From the NCBI GenBank assembly GCA_051362555.1, contig CM120641.1, forward strand, positions 7,192,001 to 7,256,000: a stretch of 64,000 nucleotides of DNA, given 5' to 3'. The stretch is from Lingula anatina (Eukaryota; Animalia; Brachiopoda). Below the pieces are notes generated by a model, which was not told where the DNA came from, searched no databases, and saw only the letters and a program-made list of their open reading frames with translations. A program made the translations under genes and the position numbers. Positions 39,925 to 54,062 of the stretch are shown one piece after another; within the stretch, counting starts at the first letter, position 1, and each line of letters opens with the position of its first letter.

Positions 39925-42900
39925 ATGAAATTTTATCAAATTTCATGTGAATTGGGGATTGTTTTAAACCTCATAGTTATAGTGTGCGCTACACAAAGTG
40001 AGTTTGTTAATTTATCTACGTTATCATTCCCTGACAGGAAACGCCATTACGAGCAATTCCATAGGAAATATACGAAGAGGGGACATTGGAAGAATAAGCC
40101 AGCTTTGAAAAAGATGTATTGTGATGTTTTAGAGAAATACGCCACATTATTACAGAAACTGACAGGGCGTGATGCACTGCATGAAATGGCCGGGAGGCAA
40201 TGGGAAGACAGTAGACGGTACAGACGTGAAGTTCGAAATGACATAGAGTACCAGGTGTACGGCAAGGTAGTGCACAGGAAAAAACCTGAAGTGAACCCTC
40301 TAGGCAAATTCTTTAGCAGTCTAAACTCTAGGACTAAACGTGGATTGCGCTCGTCCGGGAGTACGAAGAAACTCACCGAAAGAATACGAGAAATCATGGA
40401 GCTAACCCACAGGCTCGAGCACAGAGACAATAGCCACGATACAGTCATAGACGGGTCGGGTGATGGAGAAGTGGGCCCAACCGATATCGTTATCTCTACT
40501 ACTTCGACCAACAGGGGCACTGAAAGCGCAGGGTCCGCGGAGAATAATAACCATTCCATTCAAAAAGTACCAAGAAAGAAAGACAACCCGCACGTGTCAG
40601 ATTGTGACGAATCTTACAGGCATTACTGCTTTAACGGAGGCACGTGTTTCCGTGTGAAGGCTTTGAATCAAACCTCTTGCAGGTGAGTGTCAAAATGACA
40701 AACAGGACCTTCTAGTAAACTTCTTGCAGCGTGTAATACTTGTAGCTTGTTACGCAAACAGTTGGATCTTTAAGTAAGCATGTAATGCATATCATGCAGT
40801 AGCATTAGTTTGGCTTGCAGGTAGCCGTGTCGTATGTAATGAGGAACGATGGGGCAATTGATCTTGCAGTGGGTTGTTTTCATAATCACAGTGCCTTAAA
40901 TATAACACTAAAAGAAAAATGCGGAATGCGTTTTTAGTTTAAGTCACCAATTATAGCCTAGGCGCAATGAAACAATCAGGGTTGATACTTAGTAACAGAA
41001 TGGATAGGAGTAACCAATATGGCTTTGGGAGTTTCAGAATTAGAAACGGCATTCTAAAATTGCGTGATCCATTGCCCCTTCTCAGCACGTTTATCACTAC
41101 TTGTATCCAGCAGACTCTCCAATGTTCGTCCTATCTAACGCAGTATTTGGGTAAGTGTCCCGAGGCATCGATGTATCTTAACAAGATATCGGGGTGCTTA
41201 CTGCGTGTGCGGTTGATCGTTGGCATAACCCAATGGAATATGAGAATTGAAAATGATAACGTTACACATTTTTCTTGCGTCAAAAGGCAGTGGCTGTCAT
41301 CTCTTGTATTGTTTCTGTACCGATTAAGCCGCACGCACGCTTGAAACGACCCTCACCAAATAAAGTGTGATTATGTAGAGAATCGTGCCACTTTTTATTA
41401 TCACTTCCTACATGGGCGGATATGTCGAGAACTCTACCAAATGTTTATGTCGAGCCCATGTTAAACACTGGTAACAGCTATTCATCATTTCGCCCAACTT
41501 ACAAAAAAGGAGAGAATGGAAAAAAAAAACAGTTACAAAACCACAAAAAAAAAAAAGTTTTCAAAAAATTTAAAAAGCAAATATTTCACGTAGCAGCCTC
41601 ACTGAACTAAATTGTCCACATGTAGAAATAACATGAGCGACGCCGGGGACATCAGATGCATGAAATTATTTAGGAGGTGAACATGAAACGCCGCGCACGT
41701 GTGCTTTACTGGGTCTTTTGGTATGCTGTCACTGTCAGTTCCCCGAGTTCAACCAAAGGCATGGAACCTTTAACCAAGTTTTTATTGCCATGTTTTGCTG
41801 TTGTGATTAACTGTGCAGAGTTCAAAACAACAGCAAAATTAAAAAAAAAAAAAGATGAAGAATATTTTTCGAGGTTTAAAATCGAAGTAATTGTCATTAT
41901 TTGTTTACAAACAAAAGTCCGGTAGTCGAGGGCAGAAAACTTTGAGTGGGCCTATTTAATAAATGCACCTAATTTAAACGAGTTTAATTGGGATATGATA
42001 AAAAATGCACACGGCAACGAGAAAACAGGCTGCAGAAACACTGGGAAAGTTGACACCAGATATTGGGCATGGCATTATGTTAAAGAGCATAATGATGTTA
42101 CGGGACTCTGCAGGCGTTCTGGCCGTAACTCGGACCGTCACTGTGCGCGGGCGTCATGTTTAAGCTCTTAATTTTAACTACCCCCACGTTGACAGTAATT
42201 ATTGGAACAACTGACTGAGCAGTTGAAATTTTCGAATTTTTCTATGTTCTTACCCGCAGTTGTCCCGAAATCGAATTGGTAATTTTCTGTTGCCTGTTGT
42301 TATATCTCAGCTGGTAAATTTTTTGTTAGACAATAGAAAACATAGGGAATTACATCAACGGAATGAAAAAAATCTTCTGAACATGTGGTATACGACCGTT
42401 CCCAATGCAGCTCCCTTTCCCTTTCTGGACAAAACGTCCAGTGACCTTCGTAAGTGTCCTGCCACATGGTCCTTTTAAGACCCCCACAGGACCGTCATCT
42501 GCCGTGTAGCAATCTAAAAACATCAAAACCAATCTTTCATAGTCGGTAATTTAAATTTCATGCCAGTGAAAGCTAGCTTCTAAATTACATGTCAAAGTCG
42601 TTATAGGTCTTGGGTCAGGACCCCTGTTCTAAAATTTGCTCCGTTAAATAGAATACTTTGATGCTCGTCAGCCTAGGGGATGTTTTAGATTTTCTCAGGT
42701 TGATTCCAAATCTCCCCCACAACTCGTTACCACTTGACACTGCTCGCTCGATTTCCTTTCCACCGGTTGGAAGAAAGCATTCCTGAAACATTGGCAGTAA
42801 ACAGGGCCATACACCGAGTTTATAGGTTCCATAAAAATAATCATTAAATTTTTGATGTCTACGAAAGGAAATACCTCTATGTTTTGACCTAAAACGTGCA

Positions 42901-44358
42901 GATCGATTTTTTTTCTGAATACGATGCCACCTTTTCCGGAAACCGTTAAAATATCTAACTTATGAATAGAACAATAAATCAATAACACTACAACTGATAC
43001 ATATTTTATCTTAAAAAGCTTATGTATAAACTGCAAAGAGTCACTCCACACTTAGACGGGGCCAAAGATCTGTAAAGACCCTGCAAATCCCATTGCTTTT
43101 GTATATTGTAGTCCATGATAAGTACTTCACAGCAGTTTATCGCTTTTGCTTTAACGAAGTGTCACGGTCTTTATTACCGTTTTTGGCAGCTGGCGCGCGG
43201 AGAGCAAACGCTCGGGACAGTGTCACGCTGAGGGCATCGCTCACAAGTTCCCCTTACATTTGTTCAAAAGTTCAGAAAGACATTTTAGGGCCTAGTGCTC
43301 GTAAAACACGTTGAAAGAAACAAGATCCTCGACAACGTTACGAGAGCCATTGTGTAGTAAGAGCTGTCCATTCGTAAAAGCAATCCTGTTGCCCACAGCT
43401 TCCGGTATAAATCAAAGAACTCAAGAACAAACCGACACAACCCGCTCTCTATTATGGTCTTTCAAGGTAACTTATGCGCATTCCTTTCTGAACATTTGTT
43501 GGAATCCTACACTTTGTGGACTGAATTTGGAGTAGGGAGACATTTGACAAAGCTGTGCCGCGAAATAGGGACATTAGACGTAATTAACTCGCGACGTAAG
43601 AAATTTAATACTCAGCTAAATCGTTCGCGTGTATAACTTTGTGCAGAACTGTCAGACACACCAATAAAATAATTTCTACGCTTCGGCGCGCCCTAAACAA
43701 AAAGGTCTGGTTTTTAAGATACAATACTAAATCAAGTGCGAACAAAGTGAACTGTAAAGTAGACATTCACATCTGTGTGGAGTTGCTAAAATATGTTAGT
43801 TCAGTTTGCATTCCTTTCGCTTTGATGACTTCTGCGGCTGCCTTGCTTAGCCTAAATGGAAATCACGTTAACAAATGTTTCTTGTGCTCGAGAACTCCCC
43901 GAATAATTTCTGAATGTCTATTTAAAGAGCGCGGTTACTATAATTAAACACGAGGAAATCGGGTAGAAACCACTATTGTTACCATTCAGCTTCCTTCATA
44001 TGATATAACATTACAGGAAAACGAGATTTCAAAGTCGCGAATACAATGCCTGATTAATTCTTTTTAACTAAATGTATCTCTGAGGAGTGGGGCATGTTTT
44101 GAGGTCAAAGGCAACCAGGAAACAGTTGATGCAATTTTGATGGCAAAACACTACCGGTTTGAAGCATCGAGGTAGAAGAAACTTGTTTTATGAGCGTGCA
44201 AGCAACTCTTATGATTCACGCGAGCACATTTTTTTTGTTAGGAGCATAAGTCAAAAATTGATCAGAGCGAACATATGTACCTCGGAAGCCATGGGCTGCG
44301 AAAATGAAAAATTGGCCAAATACAGGCACGTCTGTCCGTCTGTTTCGGGCCACCCTCA

Positions 44359-44414
<56 letters not shown>

Positions 44415-46042
44415 TGAGGGTGTTTATATATATATATAAGTGTGTTTTGTTATTGTTAGATACAGGTCCACAAATCACGCTTGGAATCCCACTCATTTTT
44501 GCCGTAATAACGACTTTATTTTGTTATGCTTACTATGCAGTAATCACCGTCGAGTTTCTAGTTTAGGCAATCCAGTTCGATATGCGCATTTCTCTTTCTA
44601 AACGTGGGTGGCAAGCGTTTGACTTTGGAGAAGTCAAAATTCATATCCATTTACCTTCGGTCAGGCGGGTGCTTTAATCTCGGACTAAACGTCCTAAATT
44701 CCTTTACTCTTACTATTCCAACGCCATAAATGATGCGTCAGTGACTAATAGAAAATGATGACCAATCAACCGGGGGTTTTCTTAGCTGAATCACCAGATT
44801 TATTGTGGCTAGATAAGTGATTTTAATAACAAGGGAAAAAACTAGACAGACACTTTTTATGTGGCTTTCTAAATATTTAAATAGAAAGCCATAGACAAAG
44901 AGAACGATCAATGTAATTAAAATTAATTCGAAGCCAACGTATTAACATAGAATCACGGTGACCACTCAAGAAAATCCAAGCAAAGCGTTCGTATACTTTG
45001 GACAGGTGTTGCATGGTACCGTAGAATGCGGTAGAGGCATGACTCCACACCTGTCCTGAACTGCTCCTGCTTTAATTTATGTACCTAAAGAAACAGAACA
45101 ACGACTGAACACTATGAAAGTTTGCGTGTCGCTGCGAAAACAAACGAAGCACACAAATTGTAACATTTTCCTTCTAATAAATGTGTCTAGAAGGCTTAAG
45201 TTCAAGGTCGCCATGTGCTGCGAAAAAAGGCATTGTAGGTATGCTGATGATAATGAAAAAAGCCTCACCTAATTTACAGACAGAAATGGACTTCTAGATC
45301 GCAGAAATAATCCTTTTTGAGATTTACTCTTTCCATATAGTGCCTATCAAACGTGAAAGCGTTTTTCATTTTGCGGTCTGCGAGAAAATGCATACAACAC
45401 GTTATTGTGCCGATAAACGTTATTATGTCACTAACAGTGCGGCTAGAGGTTTAAAACTGATCGCGTGCAGCATTAACTACCAGCCATTAGTGCTACCAAT
45501 TTGACATAGACGCCCGTTTAACCTTGCAACATTAGCGCACTCTTTACTCAAATCTGCTATGTTTAGTAGAAATGTTTCTAATTCTAAACCTCTGATTACT
45601 TTCCCTGTGCCTCTGATGCTTTCAGAATTGACTGAAACTACATCATCGTTTCTTAAACAGCCATTCAATTGACTACGAGCGCTGTTAGGGCGCCGAGATG
45701 CACTTAAACAAATAAATATGTCATAGAGCGACGTTAGATACATTAAGATGTTTGCGCTGCGATATCACTTAATGTACATTTGCAGCAAAGTCGCAGGCTT
45801 TAATAATTTTATTACTTGTGTATTAATTACTTGTGGATGTTTATTTCATAGCGATCATCTTGTATTGCAGTTGCCCAGAGGGGTTTACGGGGAACCGATG
45901 CCAAGAACACATCAACCGGAGCGTTCTCCAGGTTTTGGAGTACGGGATATTTATTGGTGCGGCGGGAATTGAAAATTTGGCCATAGCCTGTGGAAAACCT
46001 GAATACATCTTTTTACGGCCTGATATTCGGGATAAGATTTAG
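39925..46042 (+). CDS. EGFR/ErbB-type EGF-family ligand precursor (~309 aa; signal peptide, basic pro-region, single EGF domain, no clear TM)
   Basis: Exons 39925-40682 and 45871-46042 join to give C-X7-C-X5-C-X10-C-X-C-X8-C (CDESYRHYCFNGGTCFRVKALNQTSCSCPEGFTGNRC), with the phase-2 intron between Cys4 and Cys5 that is characteristic of ErbB ligands. Furin-like sites RYRR and RTKR; hydrophobic N-terminus. Confidence 0.85.
44351..44422. repeat. 72-bp perfect palindrome: CACCCTCAGC-(AT)26-GCTGAGGGTG
   Basis: The 10-bp unique arms are exact reverse complements around an (AT)n core. Confidence 0.9.
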
Positions 46043-46083
46043 GGTAAGTTTTTTAACGTGATAAAATATGATATCTATATTAT

Positions 46084-46375
46084 CAGTGGCGGATTTGGGG
46101 GGGGGGGTGTCGAAGCGGGTGGTGGCCCTGACCCCCCTTCGATTTCTGAAAAAAAATCACAGCAATGGTCCCCTCTTGAATTTAGAATTTTGACTAACTG
46201 AATCATAGTTCTAAACCGGACCAAATGACACCGTTCGCCCTCTAAAATAGCAAATATTTTCGAACCCGTAAACCACACGCCAAGGGGGTGGAGACGGTCG
46301 GCTTTGCATCCGCGGCCTGTCATTAAAAAAAAAAAAAAACGCCCCCCCCTTCAAATAATCCTGGATCCGCCCCTG
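46084..46375. mobile_element. Short non-autonomous TIR element (CAGTGGCGGAT...ATCCGCCCCTG)
   Basis: Imperfect TIRs with internal G- and C-runs; ATTAT directly flanks both ends (46079-46083 and 46376-46380), a candidate TSD. Confidence 0.7.
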
Positions 46376-49300
46376 ATTATCAGGCTGTTAGAAAAGAATC
46401 TATGAAAATGGACATTTTACTTTGAAAGGGCATAAAATCTTTGTTCCCATATCACTGAATCTGATGGTCAGTGGATGACTTAAGCCACTTTTTTGCTTTA
46501 CTCATTAACTAAACAAAAACACCTCACGCAACTGTCAGATAAGTACTAAAAGCTTTGTGAAAGCTTTGAGGGTGGTAATTATCTCAAAGCCGCCATGTGG
46601 ATTCACATGTTTCTTCTGTTACAAAAAATATGGGATAGAACGCACATTGTGTGAAAATTGTGGCTTGTCTTCATCCCAAATGATACACAACAGTTTGTTC
46701 TGGTCTGCAAGCAATTGCAGACATGTGGTCTTCATAGTCTTATCGAACTTCTCACTGGGATTATACAAGGTGCATCGCTCTTTCTCTCTGGCCTTGTCAT
46801 ACTATAAACACAAAACAAAAGGCAAAATGTTCGCAGTAAGACAAATAACAACAAGAAAAAAGTTCAGTTCGCAGAATTGTCTGGGTTTTAAATCGTGGTT
46901 ATTTCACACCGAACTTTCACAGATTTTCTCAGGATTGACGCACGGTCCATGTGGACGCCATTACTACCTTTTAGGCCTACCTATTGCCTGAATTTATATT
47001 AATTTAACCTATTGTCTGCATTTGCTCCAAGTGCCTGGAAATCTGGGTACTTTTATTGTAACAGAATCATGCTCCGACATCGGGTGCTAATTGCCTGTTT
47101 TCTCTTGTCTTGTAGGCTTCATGACTCGCAGTAGGCAAGCAGGTCAAACTCCCAGACGAATCCTGGACCACCCTAACGGCGTTCGTGATACCGTTTGAAT
47201 GTGGTTACAAGATGTTCTTACTGTGATCTTCGCTAGCTTGAACAGTGTGCTTCACAGGGTAGTGGACCGCAGGATCGGCCACGCCCACTGGCTTGGACTT
47301 CTTGAGAGGACAATACTTTTTTTGCCTTTCCGTCCTCAGAATTTACGGGAATTACTTTGGAATGGCAGATTGCCTTTTTCTTGACAAAAAGTACTTGACC
47401 ACCCCTTAAGCTGCTTGTCTGTCAGGTATCCCTCCAACGCCGACCTAGTATCTCTAGTGCATTTTAAGGACGCACGGCTACGGTCTCTCACTCACATGGG
47501 CAAATAGGTCCGGGGAATATGATGATGATAAATTTAAAACAAAGTTTAACACTAACTGTAACCATGGATGCGTAGAAAAGAAGATACAATTTCTGGACTG
47601 AAAAAATTTTATTGACAATTTCCCGTGGCATAAGCATAAAACATAGACTAACAACAAGTTACTTGTTTTGCTGTTATCATTATATAGTAAATATGCACAG
47701 ACTCATAAAATTTCTTCCATTGCTAGCTTTAGCATTGTCGCTGTAGTTTGCATTATTAGAAAGTACTTTAAATTTTTATCGTTACATATTCGTGGACCAT
47801 GACATTAATCAACTTGACGCACTTCAAACACAATTAATTGTGATCAGAATTTTCTTTTAGACATGTGAATAATTTATTAATTTATTGATATCTATATCTG
47901 TGGCTTGATGTATAAACTCCGTATCGTTGTGTGCATCTGTGTTTGAATATATTTTCATTGTCGTAATCTCGTTCTTGCATTTGTCTTAAATATAATTGTC
48001 TTTAAAAATATCATTGTTTCTTGTGCAATTTCCTTCGTTACAAAAAACCGTCACCTTGTGTTATTATTATTGTGCAGATGTAGAACATATTTCAACTAAA
48101 AAGAGACTCTAGCAGATAAAGGTTGTCTCTTATATCATTTTGGGGAAACCTAGTACTAGTATTTCGCGCAAAAAAAGATGTCACAACAATAATCCTGTCT
48201 TTTTACAGCATGACTCCCTGTTTGCGAAATATCAATTTATCATTTCCTGAAAAATAACACCAAGAAGACTAAAGATGACAGGCTTTGATACAGCGACATA
48301 ATTATGAAGCTTACACGCGTTAGGCACGTTCAGCAAAACATCACTGACACGCTCTGTCGTCTCGTGGGCGTAAGCCTACGATAAGGGTGAAGTATCGGGA
48401 GTCGTGTTAAACCCAGAATACAGCATTCAAGTGCAAAGCGAACACTTTCGTCTCCCAGAAGTTAAAAATATCCACGTTTTTATCACCTTCTATCATTTTC
48501 GTCACATTTATCTGAATGTCACAGAACACATTTGCGGTTCGCCTTCAACAGAACAACCCATCACTACCGGTGATACTACGCCGACAGATACATTAATGTT
48601 GAGAACCAGTCGATAAAATATATTTACCAAGATAGTTTAAGGAACATTAAGATAAAACTACGAGCATTACACAGCGACACGTTATTGCTTTGTTAAGAAG
48701 TGAGGACAGAATCGGCCAAGATTGATAGAATATAATGCATTTACTAAAAGCTAGGTCGAAATAAGGGCACGTCTAATGGATCAAAATTAATCTAATCCGA
48801 AAAAAGAGATGTAATTGCAGATAAAAACCGCACTTCAGCAAGTTAACATAGCATATCTCTTAAAGAAAAACGATTGCCACCACAGCATTGTTCTAAACGA
48901 CCTGTTTCAGAGCGGAGAAAAGTTCCAGTTTCCCGTCACCACCCCTAATTACCCTTCTTTTCACTAAAGGTTCTTCTTCGCACTTACATTATTGGCGAGT
49001 CAAATAAATTGCATCCAATTACCATTAGTCCAATCTGTTATAATTATAATTGAAGTTCCCACCTCTGTAAACAACGTATACACAATGTTCAGACGCCCTG
49101 TGGAAGTTATCTGTACTCTGCAAGATAAAGCGTTGTCTGAATCTGCTGGAAAACTGGGTAGAAAAAATGTCAGCGCGGGATCCTGGATGGATTGACGTAT
49201 TATTACTTATTGAGCGTTATCTGTTAGGTTCAAAATAGACAAACTGCTTGTATTCTTCGTATTCTGTGTTTATTTTTGCAAAAGGTCAATATTCAACTTA

Positions 49301-52300
49301 GCAGACAAACGTCAAAAGTAGATGGACAGGCTTAGCGTGCCAAGGAGAAGCAGTATAATGTAGAGGATTTCGCAATATATTCCCACAGTTTGGGCAATTG
49401 TTTGATGTTATTACCCGTTTACAGATGCTTGGGGAAAAAGTCACCAGGCCTCAAAATACTACCTATTCCAGGCGTGTTTGTTGTTTTGTTGTTCTGAGTT
49501 ATATTAGGCTTGTTGTCATATAAATTTACTCATCACGAAACCATACAAAGTAAACGAGATAAGCGTTCCCATATCCCAGCATGATTAAACTGATGCATAT
49601 CATATTTGCGAAAACGAACGCAAGACGTTTGATGCCTTTTTGCAATTAGTACGCATAACAATTTACAAGACCAGTCTGTGTTGATGTTTTCCGAGGGAAA
49701 AGTTGAGCATCTTTCTTTGCTTTCATGTACTCCAATAATTTGCCAGGGCACTTGCCGTCTGTGATAATTTCTTTCGTGAGAAAACAATAGATTTCAGTTT
49801 TTCTCCAAATTGGAACCAACTGTAGCAGACCAACACGTGAGAACACTGAGAACTGACAAACAGGTGGATGACGTCACCAACAATTGTCAGACAATTTACA
49901 AAATCTAGGGCTTTAGCCTCTTGCATTACTTTTTATTTATCCGAGCAATAATGGAAAACAACTTCCTAGTTACCCAATTTATAAGAGAGAGAGGAGCGTT
50001 CCCAGGTACCCGATCTGAGAGCTTCCATGTCCGGGTATCAGAGCAACCTGCAGGAATCGCGCCTTCCCGCTGAGTGCTGGACAAAACACCCGGGAGGCAC
50101 AGGTTACAGCTGTCAATCAATAAGATATAGAACGTTGTTTCCCTTTGCTCTTCTGGAAAATTAGAATCCTTCCCTACGTCACGTACACGTTTTTTTTTTA
50201 AATTCGTTTTAATTAACTATTCGAAATGCAAGTATTTCATAAAATATTGTGAATCACTTTCTATAAACGTTGACTGTAATAAATTTGTTTTGCAAGTTAC
50301 AACTGTTGCCACCCCCCACCCCCACCCCACCCCTCTCTTCAACAAAATTTAAAACTACACTCGGAATAAGGCATATACTATAATTTTGTCGCTTTTTGAA
50401 TTCTCCATTTTAAGAAACGAAATCTGAGAAGCTTTTTTTTATATAAAGAAAGGAAAACAACCCCAAATACTTCATTTTATTCCCCACCCAAAAGGTATGC
50501 AGGAACATTTGCTGAACCTAATGCCCCTTATCTCCCATTTTTATCAAGGGTGGACCCAAAGACCAAATATATATATAACATATATTGTGACTGCCATGAA
50601 ATAATCTACATTGTTCCGTAGACGAGAAAGACTAAAAATACCTAGTAGGAAGCGGAGACACGTTTGATAAATATGGTACGCGGAAATGATTTAGAATGCA
50701 ACAGGTACATTCCTCACTCTGGGGAAACATTTACACAATGGTTTTACGTAATGAAAGGCGGTGCCATAATGTAACACCGTGCAACTATGCTGCTTCGATT
50801 AATTTTCGGGTTATAATGTTTATTGAACTTAGACGATAAAATATCGTGCAGAAATGTTGCGTCTATTAATGTTCGGATGTGATGGAAATTAATGGCTGAT
50901 GAAAATCAATTCCCGACGAATTTGTAATGTGGTTATTGAGGATAGCAGATGGAAGGTTGGCCAACAGTGGCTATACATCGAAACAATTTTGGGTGGGACC
51001 TATAAGGTAAACTGCCTAATGGAATCAACAGCAATTTAATATACGATAATTGTTTCTATTTTCGATCTAACAATAATGATAGAGTCACCTACTAAATAAA
51101 ACATTTTTATATTCAAAACGTGACGCTAGTTGTTCCCAAAGGTACATTTAGTAATGTTCCAAACGATGCATTTTACATGTAACTTACCCATTGAGTGTAT
51201 AACTAGTGTGATGGACTTGCTAGACAGATAATGACTTCCTTAATTTAAAAATTATTTTAAGTGACTTGCGACATAAGGCACACTTATCGGCGATTATCTG
51301 CAATAACACAATGCTGAAAAAACAATGCCTTTCCGCAATACCATGTGAGAATAGCCCTATTATACTAAGCTGGTCCCACGCATTGACCACAAACTTGATG
51401 AAAATTTAATCCCATGATAAATTGCAAAATTGCATCGCCGTGTCATCGCATTTAAGGACAAATCCAATACAAAGTCGAGGATAACGCGGAAAAGAGTCCA
51501 TAAGGTAAAATTAGTGTTGTTGCTAAATTGCAATTTGGTGTCACAGTGTTAAGTCCCTAAATACTTAGCACAGTTTTTAACAGCACTCTACACCAACTTA
51601 TATAATGGTAGCGCTTAAGTACTCATCGACTTACGCTCGGTGAGAAGCGAAAGGTTCTATCTTAACCCATACTAAAGACTAATGTCAAAGTTGTACAACA
51701 ACTTCACCTTGCATTTCCAAGAACAAGCAAAGACTGTCGTGTAACGCTATATCCTAAATACCATACTGGAATGGGGGAGAAACGCCGCAAGAACTCTGGG
51801 TGTCCGGGTGGTCAACTCTGACTAAAAATCCTGTGTATTTTGATATCGTTAGAGCATTGTTTAATCTCCCACAAATATCACAATTTTCTACCCCAGTACT
51901 ATACAGAACAGCAAGGGAAGAGAGGGTGAAGACCCTCCTGACAGGGCTGGAAAACTACTAAGAACTTTTCACCGGTCAAGCATGTCGGACTCTTAGATAT
52001 GAAAATTGTTCCGATTTGTTTTGATAAATCCCAAAGAAGGCACCCGATTATTATCATTTCAAAGATGGCTACGTTTCGAACACATACGTGAAACTAATTC
52101 AAAACGGTTCCCTTTACCAACAAAGTGAAACAACATATACTTAATAGAGGGCTTCTCACCCTCACAAAATGCAAATATATGAAACTAATAAATGGCGTTA
52201 ACTTTTTGTTTATTGTACTCTAAAAAAACAAAAACAGAATATATAAATCGGTTTCTGTGCTTTTATTAAACGGTTCGTTTCAAAGACATTGTTGTCCTAA

Positions 52301-54062
52301 GTAATCCTATCCAATTCAGTTACGCAAAACGATCTAATTCCCACATTTTGATGCCCCCACACCATTAATCGCCCATTTTCGCATTCTGGGAATCTCCCAG
52401 GTTACTTTTTCACCAGAGTCAAGACCCTCAAAAAGTTAAAAAGTCGAGGCCTAATAATGGGACGAAATGGAACACAATCCACAGCAAATTCGGGAAGACA
52501 GAGTAAACCAATTGAATTATCTTTCCCATACAATGGCTTTCAAGGTGTACGTTGATTGATCAAAGGTTGCCAAAATACATACCCAAGGCGTCCATTATTT
52601 GTTTATTTGTTCTTTTGGTTTTGAATCAGATTCCCCGTGTTAACTTCTAATTACCTGTGGTTTAGAGGCGATGAGAACACGCAAAAAAGCGGGAAGAGCT
52701 TGACAATATTCCAGCAGTGTTCAGCAGCTCTACTATACAAGACAATGGCTGGAACAAAGGTGTACAGTTGCTGGGAAACTGAAAAGGCAATTCACCCCCT
52801 AGATTACACTAATTCGTTTGATCTTGACCGCATCTCAGTTTCTTTTTTTATGTGATCTAACATTATAGGTGGCCTTATATGGGCGTACATGTCGGAGTGC
52901 CTATCCGAGATTGCCTATTCGAGATTGCACAGGGGATATAGGACAACCTGTAAATGTTAAAAATTTATATACTTAATATTTCAAAGTTAATCTATTAATG
53001 CCATAACCTCATATTAACTTTACGAGATGCAATACAAAGGGGCGGGCATGCGTGATGCGTGGGAGGATGGCGTCAAGAAACAATACATTTAACCATGGGA
53101 GAAATGGTAAAATTGCGATGGCCAAGGACCGCTGTTAGAAGTGCCCCAGCACTGTCCAATACAATCTGGCACAGCAGAAAATTCAAAAGTTTCATCTATG
53201 CATGTACATTTTACGCTATTTTACGTGCAGTCAGTGATCAAAGACCACACGAGAATTCAAGAAAGGCCCTGTAATCGCTTAACAACACTATTAACGTTTA
53301 TTCATGGACGCCTTTTTGGCAAGCACCTGCTTACGTGAACACGCGAATTCAAATTGTGAATGTAGTGAAATAATTGTTTTCTACTTCGAGCCCATATTTT
53401 TCCTCTTCAAAGGACGAAAAGTGCTACTTTGTTATGTTATTGATCATGGCGACCACACATTAGGTGTAAAGCGGCACGCGGATCAGGAAAGCGGCCACCG
53501 TGGCATTCAACAGTTGAAGTGACGCAAATGGCCGGTTTTCTGTTATTTCGACTTTAAGAGAAAAGCACAAATCACATGCCTACAGCAAACAGTAGTTTAC
53601 CGACGAAATATATACTTGTTCTACCGGTCATAGTCGCGAAGTACTGGCGGGCTATACGTTTTCTTCAGCATCTAATGCCGCTCTGAATCCAAGTTTGTGT
53701 TTTCAAAACAAATATCTTTATTTTGATCAGCAGATAATTTGTTTTTGAGTTAGTGACAGTCCAATCTCGTGGCCTTGCATAGCTTAAGGAGGTTTACGTG
53801 GGTTAAACAAGATACCACCCTCCATTTAACAGCAAGAATAACTGTTAACCGTGACCGGTAGCTGCTAGAACATTGCTCTATCAAACGAGCACGGTCACAA
53901 TTTTTTTGATTATAAACTTCGTTATTGCGCATCCTCCCATAATATCAGACAGCAAGTGGTTGTTCATGTATCTGTTAATAAATTAGAATCTCTCCCAGCT
54001 CGGAGCAAAAAAGTGAATTTTCGTACTGTTCGCAGTAAACAAAGCCGTTCCAACCTGTGGTT

